Both the position numbers and the translations under genes were made by a program. Shown in pieces: positions 63,798-64,000 of a stretch of 64,000 bases of DNA. Every line of letters begins with the position of its first letter. Within the stretch, counting starts at the first letter, position 1. The stretch lies in contig NC_134030.1 of NCBI RefSeq assembly GCF_964204645.1, forward strand, positions 10,747,947-10,811,946, written 5' to 3'. The notes under the pieces were generated by a model that did not search any database, was not told the DNA's origin, and worked only from the letters and a program-made list of their open reading frames with translations. The DNA is from Tubulanus polymorphus (taxonomy: Eukaryota > Animalia > Nemertea).

Positions 63798-64000
63798 ATG
63801 TCAAAGAAATCTAATAAGAATAGTATTGATATTGAAAAGACATTAGATGATTTGGGTATAAGTGATAATAAAGATACAGTTGTAACTAATTGTGCTCAAG
63901 TTAATTGTAATATAGATTATGAATACTATTTATATTGTAAGCATCATCTTGAATTATTAATTGCTGGCGGGAAATCTAAGGATTTCTTGGGAAAAATAAT
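63798..64000 (+). CDS. 5' part of a hypothetical protein with a C-x4-C-x9-C-x2-H motif (runs off the window)
   Basis: TATAAATG start, then open to the window end: MSKKSNKNSIDIEKTLDDLGISDNKDTVVTNCAQVNCNIDYEYYLYCKHHLELLIAGGKSKDFLGKI. Not in the supplied ORF track because it has no stop. Confidence 0.5.
   Translation, partial: MSKKSNKNSIDIEKTLDDLGISDNKDTVVTNCAQVNCNIDYEYYLYCKHHLELLIAGGKSKDFLGKI

Larger units (their letters stand above)
61188..64000 (+). mobile_element. Left part of a putative endogenous DNA-virus-like (NCLDV or Polinton/Maverick-like) insertion
   Basis: Abrupt shift to very AT-rich DNA, compact intronless co-oriented ORFs, virus-type HNH gene, TAAATG-like starts and a foldback at the boundary. 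No capsid, polymerase or integrase gene lies inside the window. Confidence 0.6.

Overview
Eukaryotic (animal) genomic DNA with GT-AG introns and many short repeats; gene content and repeat types suggest a non-vertebrate bilaterian, possibly a lophotrochozoan (inference). Four host genes were assembled by hand from splice sites with consistent phases. (1) An 11-coding-exon ATF2/ATF7/CREB5-family bZIP gene on the minus strand (1731-11110, about 591 aa). (2) A 6-exon small secreted protein made of a stand-alone GON domain plus an EGF-like motif (17025-22166, about 281 aa). (3) A 19-exon AGAP1/centaurin-gamma gene (24646-52860, about 884 aa, plus a candidate cassette exon). (4) An intronless divergent class A GPCR (58722-59708). 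Introns and intergenic DNA carry foldback MITEs, tRNA-derived SINEs, a CR1 LINE remnant and Penelope-type minimal hammerhead ribozyme motifs. From about 61.2 kb the sequence becomes very AT-rich and intronless. It starts with a 270-bp foldback and contains ORFs preceded by TAAATG-like motifs, including a giant-virus-type HNH/endonuclease VII-like protein with a substituted catalytic Asp. This looks like the left edge of an endogenous DNA-virus or Polinton-like element that runs off the window. No database searches were run; family assignments come from recognised motifs.
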